Below, one piece after another: positions 11,901 through 33,092 of a stretch of DNA of 64,000 bases. This stretch comes from Prorocentrum cordatum (Eukaryota). The notes beneath the pieces were generated by a model, which worked only from the letters and a program-made list of their open reading frames with translations, did no database searches and had not been told where the DNA came from. Within the stretch, counting starts at the first letter, position 1, and every line of letters begins with the position of its first letter. The DNA is taken from positions 124,001-188,000 of the forward strand of contig CAUYUJ010000325.1 in NCBI GenBank assembly GCA_963575745.1. The letters are read 5' to 3'. Made by a program: the position numbers and the translations under genes.

Positions 11901-14469
11901 AACGGCGACGTCAGACGACGACGACGAACGCCAGGTGGCGACGACGACGTCCGACGTCAGACGGCGACGACGACTTGCGAGCGACTCGCTCGCCGCGTGC
12001 CAGCTAGTCGGGGCGGCCCGTCGGCGCGCGTAGCAGCGCGTGCCTGGTGAGAGATCTCGGCCGCCCATGCGGCCCGCCGACCGCTCGCGCGTGCGCGGCC
12101 GGCTTTGCTTGAGAACCCCCCACCTCCATCTCGCCCCGTCTCCGTCGGTCGCGCCGTCGCCATGGGCGCCGTGATCATTGCTTGCACGGCGCGCTGTAGC
12201 GCGCCTTCCGCTCTTCCAATTGCGCGATTTGCGCGCGTCCGCGCTGTGCAACCGCTTCCGATGTCAAGCCTTCGATCGCCCCTCCCCCATCGCATCGCCG
12301 CCATCGCTGCAGCGATCGCTACCGTGCGCGGCTTTCTTCGCGCGCCGACCGTCTTTGCAAGTGCGTGCTGCGCGCGCGTCCGCGATGCGCCATCGCGAAC
12401 AACGGCGTTCGCCCGCTGCCCGCGGGCGAGCCGCGCCGCGCGTTTGTGCTCGAATCGACGGGCGGGCGGTTTGGAGTTCGGGCAGCGCGCGAGTTCGTCG
12501 AAGCGCGCGCCGCCGAGCTGGGTTACATCAGCCTCGCCTTAATCCAGCGCCAGCGCCGCGAGCTCACGGGGCGCGGGCGCTGGGTCGCTCTCGGCCGCGA
12601 CTCGGCTCTCATGCTCCGGCTTGGGGGCGTAGAGCGCGCCGTTGCGCATGGCGCAGGACCTCGCGCGCACGCCCTGCGACGACCGCGAGCGGTCGCGAAA
12701 CAATGCGCGCACTTGCACGCACGCATGCGCGATGCAGGCGCGCGCGCGCTCTGATGTCATGCGTGACCATATGCGTTTGCATTCATGTCATTGGCACATG
12801 CATGCGAGCGCCGCCCGCAGATGACGCGATGGGGGGCGGGGGGGGGGGTCGCAGATGACGTGATGGGGGTGCATTCACCGCCTCGTCGCGCTCGAAGTTC
12901 GCCGCGCTGCGACTGCAACGGCCGCGGCCCGCGCGATCCTGCCGCAGCGCCCCGCGCGGCGCTCTCCGCCCGCCCAGCTTGGGGCGAGGGCGCCGCGAGC
13001 GACGTCTTGTTCGCGGCCTTCCTGCGCCACAAATACATCTGGGGCCATTTGGCGCCGCGCTTGATCGAGGAGTTCCTCGACGGCGTCTTGGCGAGCAAAC
13101 TGGCGCGATGCTCGCGCGCGTTGCGCGCGTCGTTCGCCGCCTCGAACCCGAAGCTCGCCAGGGAGGGGGACCCGAAAGTGAACCTCGCCAAGCGGATGAA
13201 GCGGACCTGGGCGGCGCCCTCGCGGGGGGGGGGAAGGGGCGGGGGGGGGGGCGGCAGCGCGAGAACGGCGATGATGACAAAGATTTCGGGCATCGGCGGC
13301 ATTGCACGCCCGCGCGAGCTTTGCTCGTCGCCGGGGGGCGGGCGCCTGGGGGGCGCGCAACTTTCAGAGCTTTGCTCTCGCAACGTGTGCGCACATATGG
13401 TATGGGGGGGGATGGGGGGCGCGCTCGGGTTCACTTCAGCCGCTTGGCGATGTTGACCTTCGGTGGACCCTCCTGGAGGGCTTCGGGCAGGCGGCGGCGG
13501 CGCGTGCAAAGCGCGCTGCGCTCCGCCAGCTTGCTCGCCGAGACGCCGTCGATCGAGGAACTCCTCGATCGAGCGTGGCACCGTGGCCGCGGCACCGAGG
13601 GCTCCAGGAGCGCGGGGGCGGCGAGCGGATCGCTCGCCTACCCGCGTCTTCCCTTATAATGGCGACAATCGCCGCGGCGTCGCATGCGGCCAGAAAACCA
13701 TGGCGACGGCGACGGGTGGTGGGGCGATGCGGATGGTGATGGGGGCGACGGTGAAGTGGTGGGACGGCGCGGATAAGGATGATGTTCATGTCGATGATAA
13801 TGGAAATGAGGAATGTCATGGGGATGCTGATGCGCAGAGGCAAATGATATGGACGAGCGGAAGCATCAGCAGGAGCAGCAGTAGTGAGGTTGAGGGCGGT
13901 GATGAAGATAGCTCGTCTTTCCACCTGCCCTCCCATCTCCCTTCCCGCAATTAACATAATCATCCTGTTCCGCCTCCGACAACCTCCCATGAGCCATCAG
14001 CATCATCCAGATCAGCATCAATATCACCATGACAATCAGCATCGCCACTATAACCATCCTCATCAACATCGTCGCCATCATAAGCATGATTATCACCACT
14101 CCCTCATCGTCATCATCACCATCACCGCCCATCCTCATTATACATAGCTCCTCTTTCCCCCCTCTGCCTCATCCTCTTCCCTCGCCACTCATTGTTCATA
14201 CCATTGTTTGTTTAATGTGTTAGTTGTGTTGTTGTTGGTTGTTCCGCTTGGTTTGTTTCTTTAATTACATGTGTAGATCGTCTTTGTGTGTTGTCTTGTT
14301 GTGTGTTTATTTTTTTGTGTGCTTTGTCTGCTGTTGCTTACTTTTCCAAACCAAAAATACATACGAATCGCTTATAAAGCAAACAGCTGTTGACAAACAG
14401 GTTGAAAATATTTGGTGGACGTAGTTTGAAAAATTGATATAGGATCGTTCAGCTGGTTTGGGGCGGGCC

Positions 14470-14890
14470 TGAAAACAGTCCTGGTTCCGGCTCCGGTCCT
14501 GGTTCCAGCCCCGGCCCCAGCGCGCTGCCCCGACCCCGCCCAGGCTCCGGCCCCGACCCCGCTCCCCGCTCCCCGATCCTGCTGGTTCTGGCCTGCATCC
14601 CCGGCACCGGCTCTCGGTTCCGGCCCCCGGTCCCGGCCCCGAACCCCAACCCCGGCTCCAATCGGCTGGTCCCGGCCCCGGCCGTGGCCCTGGCCCGAAA
14701 CCCAGCCCTGGCCCTGGCCACGCTCCCGGCCGGCCCCGGCTCCCGCCCTGGCCATGGCCCCGGAAACAGTCCCGGCCTCGGCCCCGGCCCTGGCCCCGGC
14801 CGGCCCGGGCCCGGCCCCCAGCCCCGGCCTGGCCCTGGCTGCAGCCCGCTCCGGCACCGGCCCCGGCCAAGGTCCCGGCCCCGCCGCCCT
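14470..14890. repeat. Degenerate (CCCCGG)n hexamer array
   Basis: Directly visible. Confidence 0.85.
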
Positions 14891-15758
14891 CCCTCCAAAT
14901 GGACGGATCCAAGACGCCTCGATCGGTCCTGATAGGCACTTGGCGTCGTCGTCAACATCTTCAACATCCTCGCCAATATCTTCCTCCTTCGCCACGCTCT
15001 ACTCGCCCCTGCCCTTCCTTCGTGCCCCCCCTCCACCTGTACATACGACCCTGCTCGCCTCACTCTCCTCCTATTCATTCCCCCCCTGTGCTCCTACTCC
15101 TCCTCATCCACCTCTTCCTCCTGTCCCCCTCCTCATCTTCCTCCCCATACTCCGCGCCCTTCTCCCCAATCTCAGGGTCGGCGGCACCGGCCTTAAGGCC
15201 TTCGCAACATGTGTACCTGCGCTGTGGCGCTTGACAAGGGGATTCGTGACGGGAGGGCCTATTGCAGCATCGCTGACGCATCCTGGGCTTACTCTGGTCT
15301 TCCTCATCCTGCTCATCCCCCACCTCCTCCTCTTCCTCCTCCTCCTCCTCGTGCTTCTCCTCCTTCTCCTTACATCATTCCTGCTTCTCCTCCTCGTCCC
15401 CCTCATCCGCCTTCTCCTCCTCCTCCTCCTCCTCCTCCTCCTCCTCCTCCCCTCCTCCTCCTCCTCCTCCTCCTCCTCCTCCTCCTCCTCCTCCTCCTCC
15501 TCCTCCTCCTCCTCCTCCTCCTCCTCCTCCTCCTCCTCCTCCTCCTCCCCCTCATCCGCCTCCTCCTCCTCACAATCATGCCGCATCTCACTTTCCCTCC
15601 CACCCATTGCCCTTTTTCTCCTCCTCCTCGCCCACCCCCTCCCCCCCCACTCCTCCTAGTCCTACTCCTGCTCCTCCTACTCCTCCTCCTCCTACTCCTC
15701 CTCCTCCTCTTCAGGGTGGGGGACTGCTCGCGACGAAGGTCTACCTCCCCGGGCGCGC

Positions 15759-24864
<9,106 letters not shown>

Positions 24865-26704
24865 CTGGTGGGGGCGGACCTCATCCTCGATCCCCCACCT
24901 CGATCTTCCCTGGTACCCCTCGACCCTCCTGGATGCTCCTCCTCCTCCTCCTCCTTCTCCTCCTCCTCCTCCTCCTCGATCCTCGATCCTCGACCCTCGA
25001 TCCGAGGTCCTCGATCCTCCTCCTCCTCCTCCTCCTCCTCCTCCTCCTCGATCCTCCTCTGATGGCCCTGGGCCTGGGAAACGGCTGCAGGACGAAAATC
25101 ATCAACAAGCAAAGAAATATCCAGCTCAATTCTTTCGAGCCTACAGAAGTCTATGCCCCACACATCAAAAAAAAACTATATCTGGGCCTGCCCCAGGGTG
25201 CGACAGAAAACCCAGCAGCAGCAACGAGAAGCCTCCCGGAGAACCAAAATACTATAATAGCTTCGATCCCCTCGAACCTCCCCCTGCTAAATCCATTCAG
25301 AACCGGTCCCCCGACAATTCCCAGAGCCAATCCTTGCAAATTCTTCATCCTGGTTCAATGTTTGACGGTCCCCGGGTCCAAAGTGCGCGCCGGCCCCCCG
25401 AAAACATTAAAAAAACTCACACCTCGAACCTGGATGTAAGGACCAGCGGGCGGTCAGGGAACCCTCCAGGGGTGCGTTGTGATCATAATAGCAATGCGAG
25501 CGCGGCCGCGGTGACGAAAAAAAACCCGAGGCCCAGAAAAATCGTACCTCTCTTGGCGGGACGGTCTTCATTGCCGCCCGCTCCCGCCGGCCCTCCGCCA
25601 CCTTCCGCAGAGGGAAAGAGATCGACTCCTCGATCCCTCGAAGACGAGGCCATGTCACATGTCTAGAACGCGCCACCAAATATCGAGGAAAAAAAAACTG
25701 CTTAACCATAAACTGTTGGAGTTCCGCGCGGGTTTCGTGGATTTGCGTTGGGCCCGTTATCCCAACGCGCGGAGCGCGCCAGGGGCGGCGCAGGAGGCAC
25801 CGCCAGAGGGGGCCAGCGCCAATTCAAGAAATCTGAAAAGGACCTCCGAGTTGTGCCGCTTAATATTACAAGAACCTGCGTCATCCACCCTCTACCCTCG
25901 ACCCTCTATCCTCGATCCTCGGCCCTCGACACTCGATCATCGATCCCCTATCCTCGACCGTATCCACCCGACCCTCGACTCACGACACTCAGCGCTCTAG
26001 CCCCTCAATTTCGACCCGCGATCCTCGCCACTCGACCCTCGACCATCGATCCCTTCGATCATATCCCGTCGATCCACGATACCCTCGACCGTGGACCTCG
26101 ACCATCAATCCCCACTCTGGGATATGGAAGATTCTCGTTGAATATGTTGTTCACTCGCTCTGCATGGCAGAGGTCGTAGCTCAATTAGCCAAGGGCCCTG
26201 GACAAAAAAGGGTAAAGCCAAATGGGCGGCGGCAAAGAGCAGGTGAGAAGAGGAGCGAGCCTTCTGGAATCACACTCCTCCTGCACGGTGCGCGGGAGCA
26301 CGAGACTGAGGCGCGAGAGCAGCGGCATATAAGCCTGCCTCTCCATTAAGCGAAATGCGAAGCATGCTGGCAGAAGGCGAGCAAACGGCTCGACACGGCT
26401 TGCATTGCAGGCAGACCTTTCGGCACTTAAGCGGAAGCGCTACACGCGACCTGCAGGATACTCTTGTCAGTTATCAGCGCCGCCGGCGCTATAATGAAAA
26501 CCAGGCAAGGCTAGCGACAGCAGGAGATCGATCGCGAAGCGGCAGAACTCAAAACATAGCTATCTGATCGAGATAAGATCTGAATGAGTGTGATCGCAAT
26601 CACATATTTGAAGACAAAATATCTGTACACTGAATGATGCTTCTGTGAATGCGGACTCGCGTGAAATATTTAGCCAGGTGTGGGAACTGAGCAACAATGC
26701 GGAC

Positions 26705-26733
26705 TGACGTAAGACCCTGGCCAGGTGTTTCTT

Positions 26734-26791
<58 letters not shown>

Positions 26792-27006
26792 ATATATATG
26801 TATATATATAAACAGGGCAGCAAGGCGGACTTAAGTAAATCTCTAGCCTTTGCAAAAAGAGCAGCAATGTGGACCCACGTGCATCTCTAGCCGGGTGTAA
26901 AACAGAGCAGCAATGCGGGCCCACGTAAGCGGGGTCGCAAAAGGCGACCGTCTATAGCAACAGCAGCAGACTGGTCCGACAGGCCAACCTGCCGTCCGGG
27001 GATTCA
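26705..27006 (-). repeat. Putative 3' LTR of the copia element
   Basis: On the - strand a purine tract AAGAAGGAAAGA (27018-27007) is immediately followed by TGAATC. The segment contains a (TA)n tract and has a candidate ...TCA end at 26705. No 5' LTR is available for confirmation. Confidence 0.45.
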
Positions 27007-30000
27007 TCTTTCCTTCTTGGTACGGGCCAGGTCCGCGCCAGCAGTCTCTGCCGGTGAGCCCCCTCCAAAGAGCCCATGAGATCATTCGTCGCGCCTTCGG
27101 GGAAGTTCGTGAAATCAAGATTGCTGTTCCTGTGAAACCGGGGAAGCCATGACGAGTGCTTCTTGCAGGTCTTGCAGGCAATGTAGACGCTGTGCGGGTT
27201 ACGCCCGATTCTGCAATCATGGCGCGGGGCGGCGGTCGCGCAGTTGGGCATCTCTTTCGACGACGCCGTCGGCGAGGAACCGTTCCACCAAACCACACTC
27301 GCAGATCATTAGTGAACTCGATGAACTCGATGCGGTGACTATGCTGGGTGAGGTAGGGGCTGAATTCGAACTCCGAGATCTCGCTGGCCTCGATCGTGCT
27401 GATGTTGCGGTAGGTGGCGTGCTGGCAGGCGGAGGTTCTGGCGGCAGCAGCGGCGGCGGTGGTGCCGATGTCGGCGGCTGCGGCGGCGTCCGAAAGAGAC
27501 GCCTGAAGCCGATGCTGCAGAACTCGATGCCTGCGAACTGCTGCGTCCATCCGAGGGGTGCATCGTGACGTCGCCGTCGTGGTCACGATCCTCGGGGATT
27601 GTAGCTGGACGGCGCCGGCCAGTCATGCGGCCGCCCCAACCGGGACGCTCGCCCATTGCCTTCGCCTCAGCGACGTGCTCCTCGGTAGCGATCATGTTGT
27701 TCTGCCTCGATCGCCCAGAGCGCCATGAAGATGCCAGAGCCGATAGTCGCGCCGAGGCCCAGCGTGAACGTCAGCAGGCAGATGTCGAAGCTGTAGTCTG
27801 GCACCGTCGACGTAGGCGTAGGCTGTCCCTTGACCTCGCCGAGGCGGGTAAAGAGGACTGAGGCGAGCATGGCGGCACGCGGCTGCCGGGTCCCGTAGCT
27901 GTGCTTGCGGGCCCCGAAGAAGGCCATCAGGGCGCCGGCTTCCATCGCCTTGGTCAAGGCGTCCGCGACCATGGCCCAGGTCGGGATCCAACTGAGCTCG
28001 AGTGCGCTGTTGGGGTGCACGGCCTCCTTGATCATGGAGGCGACGAAGCGGAATCGCTTGTCGGTAGACTGGCCAACATCAGAAGCGATGTGCGTCACGA
28101 GACCCTCGCTGTCGCTGTAGATCTCCCCAAGGCGCTTGTCGGCGAGGACGTCGATCTGCTTGGGCGCCGCATTAGGGTTGTAGGCCTCGGTCAGCAGCGG
28201 GCGGATACAGATGTTGGTCTCCGATCCCTCGAGGGTCGCGTAGCCCTCGGCAGCGAGGGTCGACTTCACCGACCTCTTGACCGTGCCGGAGTGCCAGGCC
28301 ACAGGTAGGCAAAGGTCGTAGCGGCGCCGACGACATCGCGCGGGCGGTGAGTGAGCCCCATCACCATGCCTCACTGGCTCTTGACCCCATCCACGTTGGC
28401 GAACGCAGCGTCACTGAAGCACGCGGTGGTGGCCGTCATCAGATCGACGAGCCTGCGCTTGAACGCGATCGCGAAGTTCGCGGTCGAGAGCACGTAGGCG
28501 ACGGTCTTGTTCAGGGTCTTCGCGTCGGCCACGGTGGCGACGTCGGCGCGGCGGGCTGCAAAGCTCACCGGACAGGCGATGTCCACCACTGCTAGCCATA
28601 GCAGCTGCCCGAGCGTGTGGCGGTAGCTCGTCACCTCGGTGGCAGTGAGCCGATCCTCGGCATTGCGGCCCTTCGGGGCCTTCAGGTCGACGTAGTCCAC
28701 CTGCGAGGCGGCGGTGGCATGGGTCGCCCGAAACTCGTCGTCGAGTGATTGCACGTCCACAGTACTTGATGACCCCGTCGACCTGCTTGAGGTGTAGCTT
28801 CTTCCCTAGCGATGCAACCGTGGACTCCCGCTTGGTGGTAGTGTTACGCTGGGCGATGAGGAAGTCGTCCACATGGGAATGGATAGCCGCGGCGAGCCCA
28901 CCTTCGTCGTAATACAGATCCTTCTCGAGCTTGCTCTCTACGAGGCCGTGTTCGGCGAAGACCTTCTGGGCGTAAAGGTGCCGCTGCTTCCCGGCGTCGC
29001 GCGTCCCGAAGATCGCGCCTGTGGCCATCGCGATCTCGCCAGGCTGCGTCCCCGGCGGCGGGTTCTTGGCCGGCATGCGCAGGAGCAGCGGCCTCTCGAT
29101 GTTCCCCGACTGCAGGTAGGCCGTCATCGCGTCGCAGGGCGAAATGCCCCAGTTCTTCTGGGCCGCGGCGGCCTGGGCAAGGCACAACACGTCCCTGGAC
29201 CCCGTAGGCGCGTCCGTCCTGGCTTGCGATTCGGCAGCCCTGCACGACCAGACGGGCCTTCATAACGTTCTGCCCCTTGCTGGTCAGCCCCCAGCGTGCG
29301 CCCGCAGGGGGGGTGTCAGGGTTGCGCCGCAGGAGCTCCTTCAGCTCCCTGGGCGGGAGCTTCTTGTAGGCGCCGAACTCCGTCCACTTGGACCACTCGG
29401 TCTTCATGGCGGCGTCCATTCTTCTTCTCGGAGGCGCTCAGGGCGTCGTGCTTGAATTCGTTGGCGGTCGCGTTGCCCGCGTGCAATGCCTGACGGAGTC
29501 GCGCGCTTGCGTAGACCTCGTCCGCGTGCTTCTGGAAGTAGCTGTCCAAGTAGAGGTAGACCTTGTTCGTGCCCTTCGGCCTCTTGAAGCACTTGGGCAC
29601 ATCGTCCAACAGATCATCGCGCTTGGCTGCGCGCTCGCGCGGGTCGGGCTCGCGGTCACGTCGAAGAGCACGCGCTACGGATATGTGTTGAACCTGTCGC
29701 TGTGCCTTCGTGCCGCGCTGGTTCTGTGCCCAGTGGGCGCCTTGCCACTGTCTCCTGTCGAGACTGCTCCTCCGAGGCCCTGTGCCATTCCCGAATCGCG
29801 TCCGATCCGGAGCTGTCGGATTTCCCGTCACCCTCGGCGTCGTCGACCAGGCCCTGGGGCGCGGGCTCAGAATGTCGATGAAAATATGCAGCGGCAGGGG
29901 CAGCAGGATGACCAGCGGCGGCAGGGGCAGCAGCAGCGCCCGAGCCCATGGCGGCCGCCGCAGGGGGCGGCGCCGCCGGCAGCGGCTGAGCCGCGTCTCC
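26705..30000 (-). mobile_element. 5'-truncated, frameshifted Ty1/copia LTR retrotransposon (RT plus RNase H)
   Basis: RT motifs: AMKTEWSKW, KARLVVQG, DAMTAYLQS, IFGTRDAG, HVDDFL. RNase H motifs: FSDAAFAN, WHSGTVKRSVKSTLAAE, SDSEGL, WIPTWAMVADALTK. Confidence 0.9.
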
Positions 30001-33000
30001 TCCCGAAGGCGGTGGGGCTGCTCCTCCGCTGCCACTAGCTCATCCACTGGTTGTGAAATCACCGTAGCCTTGTTTGCGTGTCAGCCCAGCGGCAGCCAAG
30101 TCCGGCGGGGCGCCGCCATCCGTCGGCCCGACGCCTGGACCCCTCGGGAGGCGCGCAGAACACGGCAGCCGCGAAGTGCAGCAAGGGCAGGTCCCGAACG
30201 CGCCCATCGTGGGATCCCCGTGCCCAACTGCCACGGACAACCCAGGCATCCAGTGCGGCGACAACACGGACATCAGGGGTGACACCCCTCCCCGCGCCAG
30301 GTGGTTCAACGCTGCGGACTGCACCGAGCCCCTCGCGACGCAGCCCCTGGATAGAGCCGCCTTCGGGCACTCCCTCCGCATCCTGGCCCGCGAGCAGGAC
30401 TCGCAAGCGCTACTCGTCCAGATCGGCAGCGAGCGGCTGGAAGCACGAGGCGTCGGCGACAGGACGCTCCGCGCAAACGCCCCCCGTGGAGACGCAGCGC
30501 CCCGCGCAGCTACATTGCTGGACAATGCCCAAGGCAAGGTACACAGCAAGCAAGCAACAGCGGCCCTCGACAACCCCTCGAAAGGCATCAACACCACGGA
30601 GCACACCACGGGAGACAAAGCGGCGCCCTCAGGACACATGCAGGACAGGCCCAAGTCTGAGCCCTACCCGCCGCAATCCAGCACAAAGGACCCCACCTAC
30701 GAACCTGCACCCCTAGCATGTTCCATTGTGGGGGCAAAACATGAAGCATTCACGCCCACCCACAGCGCGGAGACATACTCTGAAATGTTGTCTCCGCGCT
30801 GTGTCGGGCACGCCTGGCAGAGGTGAGTGACTACATGCATTGTCATCCTCCTCCGTCCTCCTCCTCCCTCCTCCGCTCGCCCCCCTTCCTCCCTCTTCAA
30901 TCTTTTCATCTCCAGCATTCCTATACACATCCTCATTATCCCCCTCCGCATCATGAATTCCCTCACCATCATCATCCTCAATTCCTCCTCATCTTCATCC
31001 TATCCGTTACTTTTCCTCCTCCTCCTCACCTCCGTCCTGCTCAGTCCTGCCACTCCTGGTCACCCGTCGTGTTATGCCTCTTCGTCTTTTGCGTGCGTTG
31101 CTGCTTCGAGCTGCTTCTCTGGCCGCCATCGTCGCCGCCGACTCGCCGCCGCGCCGCGTCGCCATCGCCGCCCGTCGTCGCCGCCGAGTCGTAGCCGTCG
31201 TAGCCGCACCACCGTCGACGTCATCGTCGACGCCGCGTGCGCCGTCGCCCATCGTCTCATCGCCCCTTCGCCTCGTCTCATCGTCTCATCGCCCCTTCGC
31301 AGCCGTCTCATCTCATCGCCCCTTTGCCGCCGTCTCATCGTCTAATCAACGCTTCATCGTCTCATCGTCTCATCGCTCATCGCCCCTTCGCCGCCGTCGT
31401 CGCTGCCGATTCGACGCCGCGCCGCCGCCATCGTCCACGAGAGGCTGGCCGGCCGTCGTCAGCACCGGCGGTGGGGCCGTCGCCGCCAGGAGGAGGAAAA
31501 GGAGAATGAGGAGGAGGAGGAGGAGGAGAGGAGGAGGAGGAGGAGGAGATAGGGGAGGCCCAAGGGAGGAGGAGGAGGAGGAGGAGGAGGAGGAGAAGGA
31601 GGAGGAGGAGGGCCGCCATCATCATCGCCGCCGGCCGCCGCGTTCTCGGCGCAACGCGGCAACGCGTGGCGCGCGGGGCAGCCCCCTGCCAGCGCGTCCA
31701 CGGCGCCGCTCCTAGCGTCGGGGCAGGGCCAGGGCTGAGAGGAGGGGTGATGACTCGGATGACGATGGAGACTCTGAGGAAGGAGGTGAGAGGATGACGA
31801 GCAGGAGGAGGAGGAGGAGGAGGTAAGAGGAGGAGGAGGAGGAGGAGGAGGAGGTGAGAGCGAGGGAGGAGGAGGAAAAGGAGGAGGAGGAGGAGGGGGA
31901 GGAAGAGGATGAGGATGTGAGAGGAGGAGGGGGGAGGTGAAGGGTGAGGGGGAGGAGGAGGAGGAGCTGAGGAGGAGGAGGGCCGACGACGCCGATGATG
32001 ACAGGTAACCAGGTAACCAGGGCGATCGATGGTGATGTCGACGGTGGTGGTGATGACGATGGTGGTGTACTGTGACGCGTTGTTGAGATCGATTGTGCTC
32101 GTTAATGCTGCACTGGCGGCGGCGAGCGATGGAGCGATGATGAAGATGAACGTGAGATGGGCTCGTTGCTCGCACCATCGCGACCTGACATCAGGCCTCC
32201 TCAGGCCCTTCAGGGCCCTTCAGGCCGACCTACCGCGCGCCGAGCCGCGCTCCCGGGCTCTCCCGAGGCGGCCCGAGGCGGCCTCGAGGCGACAGCGCGG
32301 CGACAGCGACAGCCCGCGCCACGCGCGGGTTACCCAAACGCGCGGCGAGCTGGCTCGGCCGTCGGGCCGTCTGCTCGGCGCAGAGATCTCATCAGCAAAT
32401 ACATCACAAAAACATGCAATCCCATCGAGTCGCTGGCAAGCGAGGCTGTTGTGTTGTTGTGCGCGCGCGTGCGTCGTGCGCGCGTGTCCTGTGAAGACAA
32501 GGCGGGACGAGTATAGATAGCGCATGGCATGTGGCCGACCCGACTCATCATGTCCGCCGAGCCGGCACGCGGACAGCGGAACGGAGGGCAGGATCTGCCA
32601 CAGGCTCGGCGACGTGCAAACAAGTTAATTACATCTGATGGCATGGACGTCGCCCAACCCACGAGCGCCAGATCGCGCGCCAATCAGAGGACACTGAATG
32701 AGAAAACGCAGAGGTGGGGGAAGACCAGGAGGGGGAGGAGGAAGAGGAGGAGGAGGGTGAGGAGGAGGAAGAGGAGGAGGAGGAGGAGGAGGAGGAGGAG
32801 GAGGAGGAGGGATGAGGCTGAGGCGTTGGAGGTGAAATTTGATGGGGGGGCGTGGGCTCTGAGAGGAGTAAAGGGACAGAAGGGCCTTCGGACCTTCGGA
32901 GGACCTGAGTAGGTACTGCGCCACCGTCTTGGAAGGCCTCCCGCCTCGGCCGCCTCGACTCCCATCCCACCATCTTCCTCCTCGTAGTTCTCTTCCACTC

Positions 33001-33092
33001 TTCTACCTCGTCCTAGTCCTCCTCGTCCTCCTCCTCCTCGTCATCCTCCTCCTATCCTATCCCCCTCCCTCCTCTAGCCGAGGGCCGATAGC

